Below are positions 39,542 to 50,632 of a DNA stretch of 64,000 bases, piece after piece. The translations under genes were made by a program, and so were the position numbers. The stretch comes from an uncultured delta proteobacterium (GTDB lineage Bacteria; Myxococcota; Myxococcia; SLRQ01). A model generated the notes under the pieces. That model was not told the origin of the DNA. It worked only from the letters and a program-made list of their open reading frames with translations, and did not search any database. The DNA is taken from positions 1,408,001-1,472,000 of the forward strand of contig CAVSGM010000002.1 in NCBI GenBank assembly GCA_963727485.1. The letters are read 5' to 3'. Position 1 is the first letter of the stretch. Every line of letters starts with the position of its first letter.

Positions 39542-40447
39542 TCAGTCCGTGTAGTACCAGAAGCGGGGATCGGTCCCGAGCTCTTCCTTGAGCCGGAACA
39601 CGCGCTTGTTTTCGAGCACGTAGCGAATATCGCTTTCAGGGTCGAGGAGGTTGCCGAAGACCCGGGCCCCGGTGGGGCAGGCCTCGAGGCAGGCGGGGAG
39701 GCGGCCCTTGCGGGTCCGCTGGATGCAGAAGGTGCACTTCTCGACCACGCCCTTGGGCCGGGGCCGGTTGCCCAGGTAGTGCTGGTCGACGTTGAGCTCG
39801 TCCTTGGGGATCTTCGGCTCGGCCCAGTTGAAGTGACGGGCCCAGTAGGGGCAGGCGGCCATGCAGTAGCGGCAGCCGATGCACCAGTCGTAGTCGATGA
39901 CGGTGATCCCGTCGGGCTCGGTCCAGGTGGCCTCCACCGGGCAGGCCTTGGTGCACGGCGGGTTGTCGCACTGGTGGCACTGGATGGGCAGGTACATCTT
40001 GCCCGCCTCCGGGACCTCCTTGGGGTCGAAGTAGTGGTCCGAGCTGTCGAGCTCGATGGTCTTGCCCTTCTCCAGCTCGAGGACCCGGATGTACTGGATC
40101 TGGGGGTCGCGGCTCTGGTTGTTCTCGGCGACGCAGGCCTCGACGCAGCGCCTCGTGCCCTGGCACTTGGAGAGGTTGAGGGCGTAGCCGTAGACCACGC
40201 CGGGCAGCGGGCCCTCGGAGCCCACCTCCACCTCCTTGCCGAAGTCCTTCTTCTCCTGGGCCTCGATCCGGGCGATGACGTCGCGTTTCTCGGCCGGCGT
40301 CATCTCCCGGTAGCGCTTCTGGAAGAAGGTGTCGAAGGAGGCCTTGCCGGCGAGCATCACCATGACCGAGGCGGCGGCGCCGCCCTTGAGCACGGTGCGC
40401 CGGGAGAGCTTCTGGAGACCTGGGGAGCGGTCGGTGCGGGTGGCCAT
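39542..40447 (-). CDS. Tat-exported 4Fe-4S dicluster protein (NrfC/DsrO/DmsB-like)
   Basis: SRRTVLK Tat motif; CQGTRRCVEAC, CHQCDNPPCTKAC, CIGCRYCMAAC, CTFC...CLEAC. Confidence 0.92.
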   Translation of the reverse strand: MATRTDRSPGLQKLSRRTVLKGGAAASVMVMLAGKASFDTFFQKRYREMTPAEKRDVIARIEAQEKKDFGKEVEVGSEGPLPGVVYGYALNLSKCQGTRRCVEACVAENNQSRDPQIQYIRVLELEKGKTIELDSSDHYFDPKEVPEAGKMYLPIQCHQCDNPPCTKACPVEATWTEPDGITVIDYDWCIGCRYCMAACPYWARHFNWAEPKIPKDELNVDQHYLGNRPRPKGVVEKCTFCIQRTRKGRLPACLEACPTGARVFGNLLDPESDIRYVLENKRVFRLKEELGTDPRFWYYTD

Positions 40448-40454
40448 GGTGTGG

Positions 40455-41333
40455 TTACCTCTTCTCGTGCTCGGGGCCGCGCTCGCCGAGGGGGAGGCCC
40501 GGCGGGGGGCTGGCGATGGGGTCGCCCGCAGGACGGTGGAGGCCGCGCCGGGGGACGGGCGGCGGGCTCGGCTTGAAGGGGCCCAGGTAGGGCGAGTGGG
40601 GGTTGTGGCAGCCGGTGCAGTCGAGGAGGACCCGCTTGCCCTTCCAGTGGCCGATGCTGGAGCGGTCGGTCACCAGCAGGTCCTTGTGGGTCAGGGGGAC
40701 GTTGTGCGGGTCCTGGAAGGCGCCGGCGCGCTTGCCGTGCCCCCCGAAGGCCCAGTCGAGCTCCCGCTCGAAGTGGCACTGGCCACAGACCTTGTACGCC
40801 TGGTCGAAGTCCACGCTCTCCCCGTTGAGGGTGTGGAGCGTGTCCATGTTCTTGGCGTTGTGGCAGGTGTAGCACCAGAACCGGCCGCCGCCGTGGTGGA
40901 ACTTGAGATCGGTGTGCTCCTCCTTGAGCACCCGGATCTGCCTATTCGGCACCCGCGAGGGATCGTGGCACTGGGAGCAGGGGTAGTACATCAGCAGGCT
41001 CTTGCGCGATACGACGGTGAACGGCGGGGCCTGTTCAATGGTTTTCCCGGTCGCCGTCTTGGAAAGGGGGGCCCCTTTCGCCTCGCGCAGGTCCTGGAGG
41101 ATCTTCTTGGCCTCGGCCTGCGCGTCGTCAGTCTTTGCGGCCGCGGCGCCGCCGGGTTTCGCCGCTGGGGGCTTGCCCGCCTGATCGCCGTCGCTCCCAT
41201 TGGACTGCGGCCGGCTGGCGGTCGGCGAGAGCAGGAGGACCAGGGCCGCGAGACCGAAGAGCGCCCGCGCCGCCCGGCGTGCGGGGCGGCCTCGGGTCTT
41301 CCGGCCGGCGGATGGGGTATCAGCGCGTCTCAT
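40455..41333 (-). CDS. Tetraheme cytochrome c, first gene of the operon
   Basis: N-terminal signal/anchor; CSQCH, CYTCH, CGQCH, CTGCHNPH. Confidence 0.88.
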   Translation of the reverse strand: MRRADTPSAGRKTRGRPARRAARALFGLAALVLLLSPTASRPQSNGSDGDQAGKPPAAKPGGAAAAKTDDAQAEAKKILQDLREAKGAPLSKTATGKTIEQAPPFTVVSRKSLLMYYPCSQCHDPSRVPNRQIRVLKEEHTDLKFHHGGGRFWCYTCHNAKNMDTLHTLNGESVDFDQAYKVCGQCHFERELDWAFGGHGKRAGAFQDPHNVPLTHKDLLVTDRSSIGHWKGKRVLLDCTGCHNPHSPYLGPFKPSPPPVPRRGLHRPAGDPIASPPPGLPLGERGPEHEKR

Positions 41334-41407
41334 GGGTGTGGGAAGCCTCCGTCAGGCCAGGCGCGCTCGGCGCCGGCGCTCAGCGCACAATCCAACGCCG
41401 GGTGGGA

Positions 41408-41424
41408 TGCAGGAGGTGCGCCAA
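41408..41424 (-). promoter_or_regulatory. Candidate sigma54 (-24/-12) promoter of the cytochrome operon
   Basis: Minus strand TTGGCGCACCTCCTGCA: GG-N10-GC spacing, about 75 bp upstream of the ATG at 41333. Confidence 0.6.
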
Positions 41425-41751
41425 AAGGCGGGAACCCTCCCCGTGAAAGCAGAATTGGCGCGATCCCCGATCGGCGACGTGCGCAATGGGTGCCGGAACC
41501 AGCGGTCGCGATCGCAGCTTCTGCGTCGGGCAGGCCGGCGCAGGGCCCGAGGGGTCGCCGTGGCCACCACGCCACCTGCGCCCGCGCGTCCCACGTGGCC
41601 GCCCTGATCCGGTCCGGTTCCATCGTCTTCTCGTTGGCGTCGATCGTTCTGGGCCCCGGCCGGGCGGGGACCAAAGCAAGGTCGGTGCCGGGGCGGCGTC
41701 CAGGCAGCACCCCGGTGCAGTTCGACACCGACGTGCAGTAGGCTCACGGCC

Positions 41752-42642
41752 GTGACCGCCGCCGCCCGATCCGCCGCCGCCCGCCTCGCCGTGGGGCTCG
41801 TCGCCGCCCTCCTCGCCGGGGCCGCGCCCCCCATGTCCCGGGCGCCGAGCTGGGAGACCCGCTCGGTCCTCACCCTCGCCGGCGCCCTCACCCTCACCCA
41901 CCGGGGCCGGACCACCACGCGGCCGGTGAGCGACGGCTTCGCCGAGACCCGCAGGGTGACGGTCCTCGCCCCCGGCGCCGGGACGCCGACCAAGGTCTCG
42001 GTGACCTACGACGCGGTCCACCGGCGGATCACCGCCCCCGGGGTGCCCCCGGAGGTCGCCGGGCGGACCTTCGTGGTGGCCAAGGGCGACGCCGCCCACC
42101 CCGCCGGCCAGGTCACCGAGGGCGGGAAGAAGGTGAAGGCCTATCTCGCCGCCGAGATCGCCCACGACCTGCGCGACCTCTTCGTCCCCAATCCCTTCGT
42201 CGCCGCCGCCCGGGCGCTGGCCGCCCGGCCCGGGGCGAAGGTGCCCCTTCAGACCGGGGTGGTCGAGCGCCTCCTCGACCTCGGCGCCCACACCCGCGTC
42301 ACCAAGGCCACCCTGCGCCTGCGCCGGGCGCTCTCGGGGCGGGCGCTCCTCCACCTCGAGGCCCACCTCGAGACCACGGTCGGGGACACCCGGGTCACCG
42401 GGATCCTCGCCGGCCCGGTCGTGGTCGACACCCACGCCGGCCGGCTCTCGTGGCTGCGCCTCGCCGGGGACCTCGCGGGCCAAGGCGCGGTGACCCTGGA
42501 CCTCGGCGCCGGCGGGCACGGGGCCAAGGGTGGGAAGGCGCACGCCGCCGGTCCCCGGAAGCGCGCGCATCCGGTGAAGGTGCGGGCCCGGGCGCGGGTG
42601 AAGGTGCGGATCGGCTTCTCCCTCGCGCGGACCTGGCGGTAG
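41752..42642 (+). CDS. Hypothetical secreted beta-rich protein, paralog 1 of tandem array
   Basis: Signal peptide ending AGAAP; ETRRVTVLA...KVSVTY...VAGRTFVV...QVTEGGKKV. Confidence 0.7.
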   Translation: MTAAARSAAARLAVGLVAALLAGAAPPMSRAPSWETRSVLTLAGALTLTHRGRTTTRPVSDGFAETRRVTVLAPGAGTPTKVSVTYDAVHRRITAPGVPPEVAGRTFVVAKGDAAHPAGQVTEGGKKVKAYLAAEIAHDLRDLFVPNPFVAAARALAARPGAKVPLQTGVVERLLDLGAHTRVTKATLRLRRALSGRALLHLEAHLETTVGDTRVTGILAGPVVVDTHAGRLSWLRLAGDLAGQGAVTLDLGAGGHGAKGGKAHAAGPRKRAHPVKVRARARVKVRIGFSLARTWR

Positions 42643-42759
42643 CGCCCGGCCGCCTGCCGGGCCCCGGGGTTTCGGCGCCCGCGTGCCTTGGGTATGGTGG
42701 CGCGATTTCGAGACCAAGGGACCTTCACGCAGCCGGCGGACGCCGGCGGGGGGACGACG

Positions 42760-43635
42760 ATGGCAGGGGCGACGAAGACGGGGATGTCGATGGTGCTGGC
42801 GGGGGTGGCGGTGGCCCTCATGGGCGCGGCGCCGATCCCCCCGGGGCCGAAGGTGTCGGCGGGGTCGGGCTACGCGGCGACGATGCACGTCGACATGCAG
42901 TCCAAGACCGACCTCAAGCTCCCCGGCGGCGCCCGGACGGTGCCCAACGACGTGCACCTCCAGGAGACGGTGCAGGTGCAGGTGCTGGCGGTCTCGGGGG
43001 GCGCGGCCGAGAAGGTACAGCTCACCTACGCCAAGGTCGACGCCCCGGGGCAGGCCGGCGCCGAGGAGCGCAAGGTCGCCGGGCGCACCTTCGTCATCAC
43101 CCGGGGGCGCACGGCCGCCGGGGACCCGAAGGTCACCGAGAAGGGCAAGCCCATCACCGGCAAGCTCTCGCGCAAGGTGTGGGACGACGTCAGCGACGTG
43201 ATGGCGCCGCCGAAGGTCCTGGCGTTCCGCAAGCAGGTCCTGGCCCACCCGGGCAAGACCTTCCCGGTGCCGCCGGCGATCTTCCCGGAGCTCGCCGGGA
43301 GCCTCGAGAGCCAGCGCAAGCTGGTCTCCGCCGACCTCACCCTGGTGAAGGTCGAGCAGGGGAAGGCCACGGTGCGGCTCTCGACCCACCAGCAGATGTC
43401 CGCGTCGTCGGTGACCCTGAACCTGAAGACCACCCAGACCCGGGAGCTCGACACCGCCACCGGCCGCGCCCTCCACACCGACTACCAGAGCACCCTCGAC
43501 GGGGCCGGGGATCTCCAGACGCCCATCGGCGCGGTCCCGGCGAAGATGCACGGCACCGGCACCGGGGCGGCGACCTACACCTGGCACGCGGCGGCGCCCA
43601 CGCCGGCAAAGGCGAAGCCGGCCGCCAGCAAGTGA
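42760..43635 (+). CDS. Hypothetical secreted beta-rich protein, paralog 2
   Basis: Signal peptide ending MGAAP; ETVQVQVLAVSGG...KVQLTY...VAGRTFVI...KVTEKGKPI..KLSRKVWDDV. Confidence 0.8.
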   Translation: MAGATKTGMSMVLAGVAVALMGAAPIPPGPKVSAGSGYAATMHVDMQSKTDLKLPGGARTVPNDVHLQETVQVQVLAVSGGAAEKVQLTYAKVDAPGQAGAEERKVAGRTFVITRGRTAAGDPKVTEKGKPITGKLSRKVWDDVSDVMAPPKVLAFRKQVLAHPGKTFPVPPAIFPELAGSLESQRKLVSADLTLVKVEQGKATVRLSTHQQMSASSVTLNLKTTQTRELDTATGRALHTDYQSTLDGAGDLQTPIGAVPAKMHGTGTGAATYTWHAAAPTPAKAKPAASK

Positions 43636-43780
43636 GCGCCGGCGGCCGGGGCCGGGGGACGCGGGGGACGGGATGCGGCGCCGGCGCGGGGTTTCCGCGG
43701 CCCGGGCGCGTCGGGTACAGTGCTCCGGGGGTCGGACCAGGGAACGCCACGGTGCCGACGGCGCCGGCGGGGAGGGGCCA

Positions 43781-44559
43781 ATGCGCGGTGTGATGCGAGT
43801 GGGGATGTCGGGGGGTGTGGCGGTCGTGGCGCTGGGGCTCCTGGCGGCCACGCCGATCCCGGTGGCGCCCCGGGCGAAGGTGGGCACGGTGTGCGAGGTG
43901 CACAGGACGCTGCGGAGCGTCCACGGTGCACCTGAAGCTGCCGAGCGGGCCCCGGACGATGCCCGCGCCGTCCCACGTCGACGAGACCCAGCGGCTGGAG
44001 GTGCTGGCGGTGTCGGGGGGCGTGGCCGAGCCGGCTGCGGATCACCTACGTCTCGGTGGACGCCGAGGGACCGGGGACCTCGGAGGACCAGGGGCTGACC
44101 GGCCGGCGCTTCGTGGTCAGCGCGGGCACGTCGCCCGCCGCCCGCCCGGAGGTCACCGAGCACGGCAAGCCCGTGAAGGACAAGCTGGGGCGCAAGATCT
44201 GGGACGACGTGGTGGCGGTCATGGGCACGGCGCCGGCGCGCCGCTTCCTGCGCCGGGTGCTCGCCAAGCCGGGGACCGCGCTGAAGGTGCCCGCCGCGAT
44301 CTACCCCGACCTCGCCGAGGAGACCGAGGAGCCGCCGCAGCTGCTCTCGGGGTCCATGCGCCTCGGGCTCCCCCCCCCGCACCACCACCACCCGAGCGAG
44401 GTCGCCACCGGGCGGGTACGCCACATGGACCTCGTCAGCCTCATGCACGGCCACGGGACGATGGAGCTCCCCGTAGGGCCGGTGCCGACGACGCTCGAGG
44501 GCAAGGCCACGGGCACGGCGGTGTTCACCTGGAGGCACGCGGGATCCGGCGCGAAGTGA
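43781..44559 (+). CDS. Hypothetical secreted beta-rich protein, paralog 3 (apparent frameshifts ~43920, ~44035)
   Basis: Signal peptide ending LAATP; LKLPSGPRT, ETQRLEVLAVSGG, LTGRRFVV..EVTEHGKPVKDKLGRKIWDDV, TGTAVFTWRH align with paralog 2. Confidence 0.7.
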
Positions 44560-44562
44560 GGC

Positions 44563-45129
44563 GTGCACGGAGGGTGGCGACGCTCGGCGCCCCGGCTGCC
44601 AAAGGGCACCGTGTGCACGGTGCACCGGGAGGGGAACTACACCGCCACGGTGGTCATCCACGGCCCCGGTCGGAATCGCACGGGGAAGCGCTACCGGCAC
44701 TACACGGAGGTCGTTCGGATCAGGGTGCTCGCGGCGACCCACGAGGTCGCCACCCGGCTTCAGGTCCGCTTCCTGACGCTGACCGGACCGCGGGGGCATG
44801 CGAGCCTGATCAGGCGGCTCCTCCACGGCAGGTTCGTCGTCACCCAAGGGTCCGTCACCTACCGCTCTCTGGGCGTGCGCGACGGGTTGGAGCGTTTCGA
44901 CGGCCGGTACCAGGCCGTGCTCCAGGGCGACCGGGTCCACGGAGCGATCACCCTCCAGGTGAAGGGCGCGCTCGACGCGACGACCGGGCAGCCCAGGTCG
45001 GCCATCGAGGTCGAGCAGCGCCGACTCCACGGCACGCTGGCGAGGCCCGACGGCCTCTTCCCCTTCGATGACGACGGCACCCTCCGGATGCGCGTCACCC
45101 TCACCTGCCGCTCCGGCGCCGGCTCCTAG
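44563..45129 (+). CDS. Hypothetical protein, shortened/divergent paralog 4
   Basis: APRLPKGTVCTVHR, EVVRIRVLA, LHGRFVVTQG, LDATTGQP match paralogs 2/3; no signal peptide visible. Confidence 0.55.
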   Translation: MHGGWRRSAPRLPKGTVCTVHREGNYTATVVIHGPGRNRTGKRYRHYTEVVRIRVLAATHEVATRLQVRFLTLTGPRGHASLIRRLLHGRFVVTQGSVTYRSLGVRDGLERFDGRYQAVLQGDRVHGAITLQVKGALDATTGQPRSAIEVEQRRLHGTLARPDGLFPFDDDGTLRMRVTLTCRSGAGS

Positions 45130-45974
45130 TCCTCTTCCCAGGGCTCGGTGGGGATGACGACCTCGGGGAGCTGCTTGGGATCGGGCACCTCCCAGAAGTC
45201 GCCCCACAGGGTCTTGCCGCCGTCGACGGTGAGCACCTCGCCGGTGACGTAGGCCGACGCCGGGCTGGCGAGATACGCCACCGCCCAGGCGACCTCCTCG
45301 CAGGTGCCCAGGCGCTTCATGGGCACGGCCTTCTGGAGGTTCACGAAGAACTCCGGGCCCACGGGGTAGCGCTTCATGCCGCTGGAGGCGATGTAGCCGG
45401 GCGCCACGCAGTTGAGGCGGATGCCCATGGGCGCCCACTCCACGGCCAGCGTGCGGCTCATGGCCTCGACCCCGGCGCGGGCGGCGACCGAGTGGGCCAT
45501 CCCCGGGAACGAGCGGCGGGTGAGCATGGTGATGGAGACCACGGTGCCGCCGTGCTCCAGCATCCAGGCAACCGCGGCGGCGCGGGTCATGTGCCAGGTG
45601 CCGGTGAGGTTGGTGTCGACCACCGCGCGCCAGCCCTTCTCGGAGATGGTCGCCGCCGGGGCGAGGAACTGGCCGCCGCCGTTGTTCACCAGGATGTCGA
45701 GGCGGCCGTGGCGGGCGACGATCTCCTGGGCGAGCGCCTGGGTGCTCTCCTCGTCGCGGATGTCCACGGTGAGCCCGGTGACCTCGCGGCCCAGCTCCTC
45801 GGAGAGCCCGGCGGCGGCGGGGGCGATGTGCGCCTCCTTGCGGGAGGCGATGCACACGGTGGCGCCGAGGTGGCCGAGCTCGCGGGCCACGGCGGCGCCG
45901 ATGCCGGTGCCGCCGCCGGTCACCAGCGCCACCTGGCCGGCGAGGAGATCGTCGCGGAAGATCTTGCTCGTCAT
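45126..45974 (-). CDS. SDR oxidoreductase (2,4-dienoyl-CoA reductase/AtuB-like)
   Basis: VTGGGTGIG, LVNNGGGQF, AHSVAARAGV, LAVEWA..GIRLNCVAPG, TVDGG. Confidence 0.9.
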   Translation of the reverse strand: MTSKIFRDDLLAGQVALVTGGGTGIGAAVARELGHLGATVCIASRKEAHIAPAAAGLSEELGREVTGLTVDIRDEESTQALAQEIVARHGRLDILVNNGGGQFLAPAATISEKGWRAVVDTNLTGTWHMTRAAAVAWMLEHGGTVVSITMLTRRSFPGMAHSVAARAGVEAMSRTLAVEWAPMGIRLNCVAPGYIASSGMKRYPVGPEFFVNLQKAVPMKRLGTCEEVAWAVAYLASPASAYVTGEVLTVDGGKTLWGDFWEVPDPKQLPEVVIPTEPWEED

Positions 45975-46063
45975 GGCGCCGAGGATGCCCGAGGCCGGCG
46001 GCGAGGGAAAGGTCGCCGGGTCGGCGGCTCCCCGCGCGGTGGGGTTGGCGGTAGGCTCCGCTC

Positions 46064-47152
46064 ATGAAGTGCCCCGACGACGGCCGCGACCTCGACGGCG
46101 CCGGCGCCTGCCCCACCTGCCGGGGTCGGCTCCTCGAGGCCCATGCGGCCAGCGCGCGGTGGCCCGAGGTGAAGCTCGCCCCGGAGACCCGCCTCGACGC
46201 GCCGGCCTTCAAGCGCACCCGGCTGTGCCCCGCCTGCGAGGCGCCCATGGCGCCGTTGCGCATCGGCGACCAGCAGGCCTGGGTGGAGCGCTGCCCCGGC
46301 TGCGACCACCTGTGGGTCGACTCCCTGGACCCGCCGGTCTTCGACCGCCTCCAGCGCCGCGGCCGCCTCGAGGGCGCGGTGGCCTCGCTGCCCGCCGAGG
46401 AACGCCGCGAGCTCGCCACCGGCCTCGCCGCCGCCACCGCCGGCGGGCCCCGGGCGCTCGACCCCGTCCACAAGGCGCTCGCCTGGGTGGGGCTGCCGGT
46501 GGTCGAGAACGTCGACGGCGACAAGCGGCCATGGGCCACCTACGGCCTCGCCGCCGCGCTCCTCGGGGTGTTCCTGCTGGCGCCGCTGCCGAGCCTGGTC
46601 TTCGTCGCCGGCCGCGGCGGCCCCTGGCACGCGTTCACCGCGATCTTTGCCCACTTCGGCTGGCTGCACCTCCTGGGCAACGTCTACTTCCTGGTGGCCT
46701 TCGGCGACGGGGTGGAGCAGCGCCTCCCGCGCGCGCTCTTCGTGGGCCTCTTCGTGGTCGCGGGAATCGTCTCGACCTTCGCCCAGGGCGCGGTGGCGGC
46801 GCCGGGCACGGCCATCGGCGGGGCCAGCGGCGCGGTGGAGGCGGTGATGGGCGCCTGCATCGTGCTCCAGCCCCGGGCCCGGGTGGTGCTGGGGTTCGGG
46901 GTCACCCTTGGCCGGCTGCCCATCGTGGCCTTCGGCGTCCTGGAGCTCTGCTTCCAGCTGGTGATGCGCGCCGCCGGGGTCCCCGGGGTCGGGTGGACCG
47001 CGCACCTGGCCGGCCTCGCCCTGGGCGTCGCCGCGGGACTCGCGTGGCGGGCGGTCGTCGTCGAAATCCCCGGCGGTGGGATGAGCTCCCGGCCGTTCAT
47101 GTCGAGCCCCATGACCTCGTCCCAGAAGCGGATGGGCCGCGCACCTTCGTAG
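46064..47152 (+). CDS. Rhomboid intramembrane serine protease with N-terminal zinc-finger (zf-TFIIB-like) repeats
   Basis: CPDD..CPTC, CPAC..CPGC; HFGWLHLLGN, FGDGVE, GASG, AHLAG; 3' end runs into the convergent gene. Confidence 0.88.
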   Translation: MKCPDDGRDLDGAGACPTCRGRLLEAHAASARWPEVKLAPETRLDAPAFKRTRLCPACEAPMAPLRIGDQQAWVERCPGCDHLWVDSLDPPVFDRLQRRGRLEGAVASLPAEERRELATGLAAATAGGPRALDPVHKALAWVGLPVVENVDGDKRPWATYGLAAALLGVFLLAPLPSLVFVAGRGGPWHAFTAIFAHFGWLHLLGNVYFLVAFGDGVEQRLPRALFVGLFVVAGIVSTFAQGAVAAPGTAIGGASGAVEAVMGACIVLQPRARVVLGFGVTLGRLPIVAFGVLELCFQLVMRAAGVPGVGWTAHLAGLALGVAAGLAWRAVVVEIPGGGMSSRPFMSSPMTSSQKRMGRAPS

Positions 47153-47670
47153 GCGATCGGCGCCCAGCTGGCGCCACCAAAGTCGATGGACAGGTACGCC
47201 TTGAGGTTCGCGCCATAGTGGACGATGTCGCTCTGGTAGATGGAGAGCACCGCGTTGCCCGCCTCGCAGGGCGTCGCGGGCAGGCACCGGTGGCCGTACA
47301 CCGGGATCATCGTCGGCGCCTCCGCCACCAGCGCCCGGAGCTGCACCTTCCGCGTCTCGAGGTCCTCGGGCACCGGGCCCCAGGCCTTCAGCCACAGGTC
47401 GTTGTGCTCGAGGTCGAAGAGCAGTCCCACGAGGGGCCAGTCGAGCAGGCGGCGAAGCGCGTCGTCGCCGCGGCGCCAGTCGGGGAAGCGGCCGCCGGTG
47501 GGGAGGATTTGCCCGAGCATCGCCCTAAGGTCCGGGGGGAACGGGGCGCCGGCGAAGGCCTCGGCGGCCAGCAGCTCGGCCTCGGTCAGGCCCGCCTCCC
47601 AGGAGCACCGGTCACGGGCGAGGCTCTGCTGGAAGGCTGCCAGCTCGTCGTCGTCGAAGAAGCGATCCAT
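47091..47670 (-). CDS. SMI1/KNR4-like protein (3' end uncertain; frame stays open to 46684)
   Basis: GLTEAELLAAE...FPPDLRAML...P.G..FPDWR...WP..GLLFD.E.N..W...P.MIPVYGHR.LP..P...GN.VLSIYQSDIVHYG...IRFW. Confidence 0.75.
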
Positions 47671-47693
47671 GCCCGGTCTCCTGCGCCCGACCC

Positions 47694-48648
47694 TCAGAGC
47701 GTGTAGACGATCAGGTCCGAGTACGGCGTGGTCCCGGTCGGCGCCACCGTGACCCCCAGGTTCGGCCGGCCCACCCCGTCGCCTTTGTCCGGCGCCAGGG
47801 TCGTCGCGATGTTCTCGTTGCGAATCGAGGACCACGTTGATCTTGTAGTCGCCGGGGTGGATCTCCGGGAGCTTCACCGTGGTCTGCCGGGCGCCAGCGG
47901 CGACCACCTGCCGGGAGCTGCGGCTGATGGCGCAGGGGGCGGCGAGGCTGCAGTCCTGCGTCGAGAGGGCGACCCACACCTGCGCCTCCTTGGGGAGCGG
48001 CGCGGTCCAGGTGACGGTGACGTCGAGCTCGGGCATCGGCGGCAGCGGCGGCGCGGGGCCCTGGGGCGTCATGTGGCTCGTGTAGTCCTTGGGCAGGGTC
48101 CGGGTCTCGAGGCGCGTCGCCTGCCACAGCAGGTGCGGCATGCCCTTCACCTTCACGTCGAAGGTGAGGTGGGTGTCGTCGGCGAAGGTGTAGGTCGCGT
48201 CGATGTAGCTGCAGCCCTTGTCCACGTGGCAGAACTCGTAGCTGCGCGCCTTCGCGTCGTACTTCACCAGGTGGGTGAAGTCGTCGCGGAGCATCCCCTG
48301 GAAGTAGCCGCCGTTTCGGTAGGTGAGCACCGGGCCGCCGGGCCCGGGCTCCACGTCGAAGCCGAAGCGCAGGGCGTCCTGGGAATCGAGGTCCACCCGG
48401 CCCCAGAAGAAGTCCGGGGTCATCGCCCGGAAGTCGACGTTCATCATCGGGAAGTCGCCGAGCGGGGTCTGGGTGGCGGGGCCCGACCAGAGGCCGGCGA
48501 GGTGGTCGATGAGCGAGAGGCCGGAGGCGGCGGTGGTGCCGCCGTCGGAGCCGCCGCCGGCGCCCGAGGTGGCGGTGCACCCGGCGGCGGCGGCGAGGGC
48601 CAGGAGGGCGGCGGCGAGGGGAGCGAGGGGGCGGAGGGCGCGCGTCAT
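47694..48648 (-). CDS. Hypothetical lipoprotein (apparent frameshift ~47822)
   Basis: Lipobox AAAGC, SDGGT linker, beta-rich body, C-terminal PGDYKINVVLD; corrected end PYSDLIVYTL*. Confidence 0.7.
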
Positions 48649-48722
48649 CGGATCCAGAGACCACACGGTCTCCGCACTGGCAGTGCGGGGCGTCACACGC
48701 GTCCGCCGGCCCCGGCCTGCCC

Positions 48723-49064
48723 CTACGGCACCTCGCACACGTCCGAGCGGATGAGGAAGCGCATGCCCTCCGGCGCCTCCAGGGAGAAGCCGGCGCCGCG
48801 GCCGGGGACGGCGTCCAGGGTGAGCCGGGTGTGCTTCCACAGCGCCCACTGGTCGCCGCCGATGTAGAAGGGCGTGCCCTCGAGCTCGCCGAGGAGGACG
48901 TCGCGCGCCCCGACGTGGAACTCGCCTTGCGGGTAGCACATCGGGGCGCTGCCGTCGCAGCAGCCGCCGGACTGGTGGAACATCAGCGGGCCGTGGTCCG
49001 CCTTCAGCTTCCGGATCAGCTCGAGCGCGGCGCCCGTCGCCTGCACCTGTGGCTCGCCCGCCAT
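48723..49064 (-). CDS. DUF779 family protein
   Basis: HGPLMFHQSGGCCDGSAPMCYP, WKHT.LTLD..PGRGAGFSLE.PEG.RF; usual aldB partner. Confidence 0.93.
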   Translation of the reverse strand: MAGEPQVQATGAALELIRKLKADHGPLMFHQSGGCCDGSAPMCYPQGEFHVGARDVLLGELEGTPFYIGGDQWALWKHTRLTLDAVPGRGAGFSLEAPEGMRFLIRSDVCEVP

Positions 49065-49069
49065 GGCGG

Positions 49070-50590
<1,521 letters not shown>

Positions 50591-50632
50591 TCTGGGTCCC
50601 CCAGGTGGCTGGTGAGTGGACGCCCGAACCGC

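Noticed and set aside
36879..41333. Calling the cytochrome operon nrfABCD or dsrMKJOP
   Set aside because: No CxxCK NrfA, no dsrAB or dsrC in the window, no dsrM/dsrK in the operon, and the heme counts differ from DsrJ.
46684..48939. 751-aa ORF as a lipoprotein-SMI1/KNR4 fusion
   Set aside because: The join arises from a frameshift near 47822; the lipoprotein has its own stop at 47694 and the downstream gene has its own GGAG and ATG at 47670.
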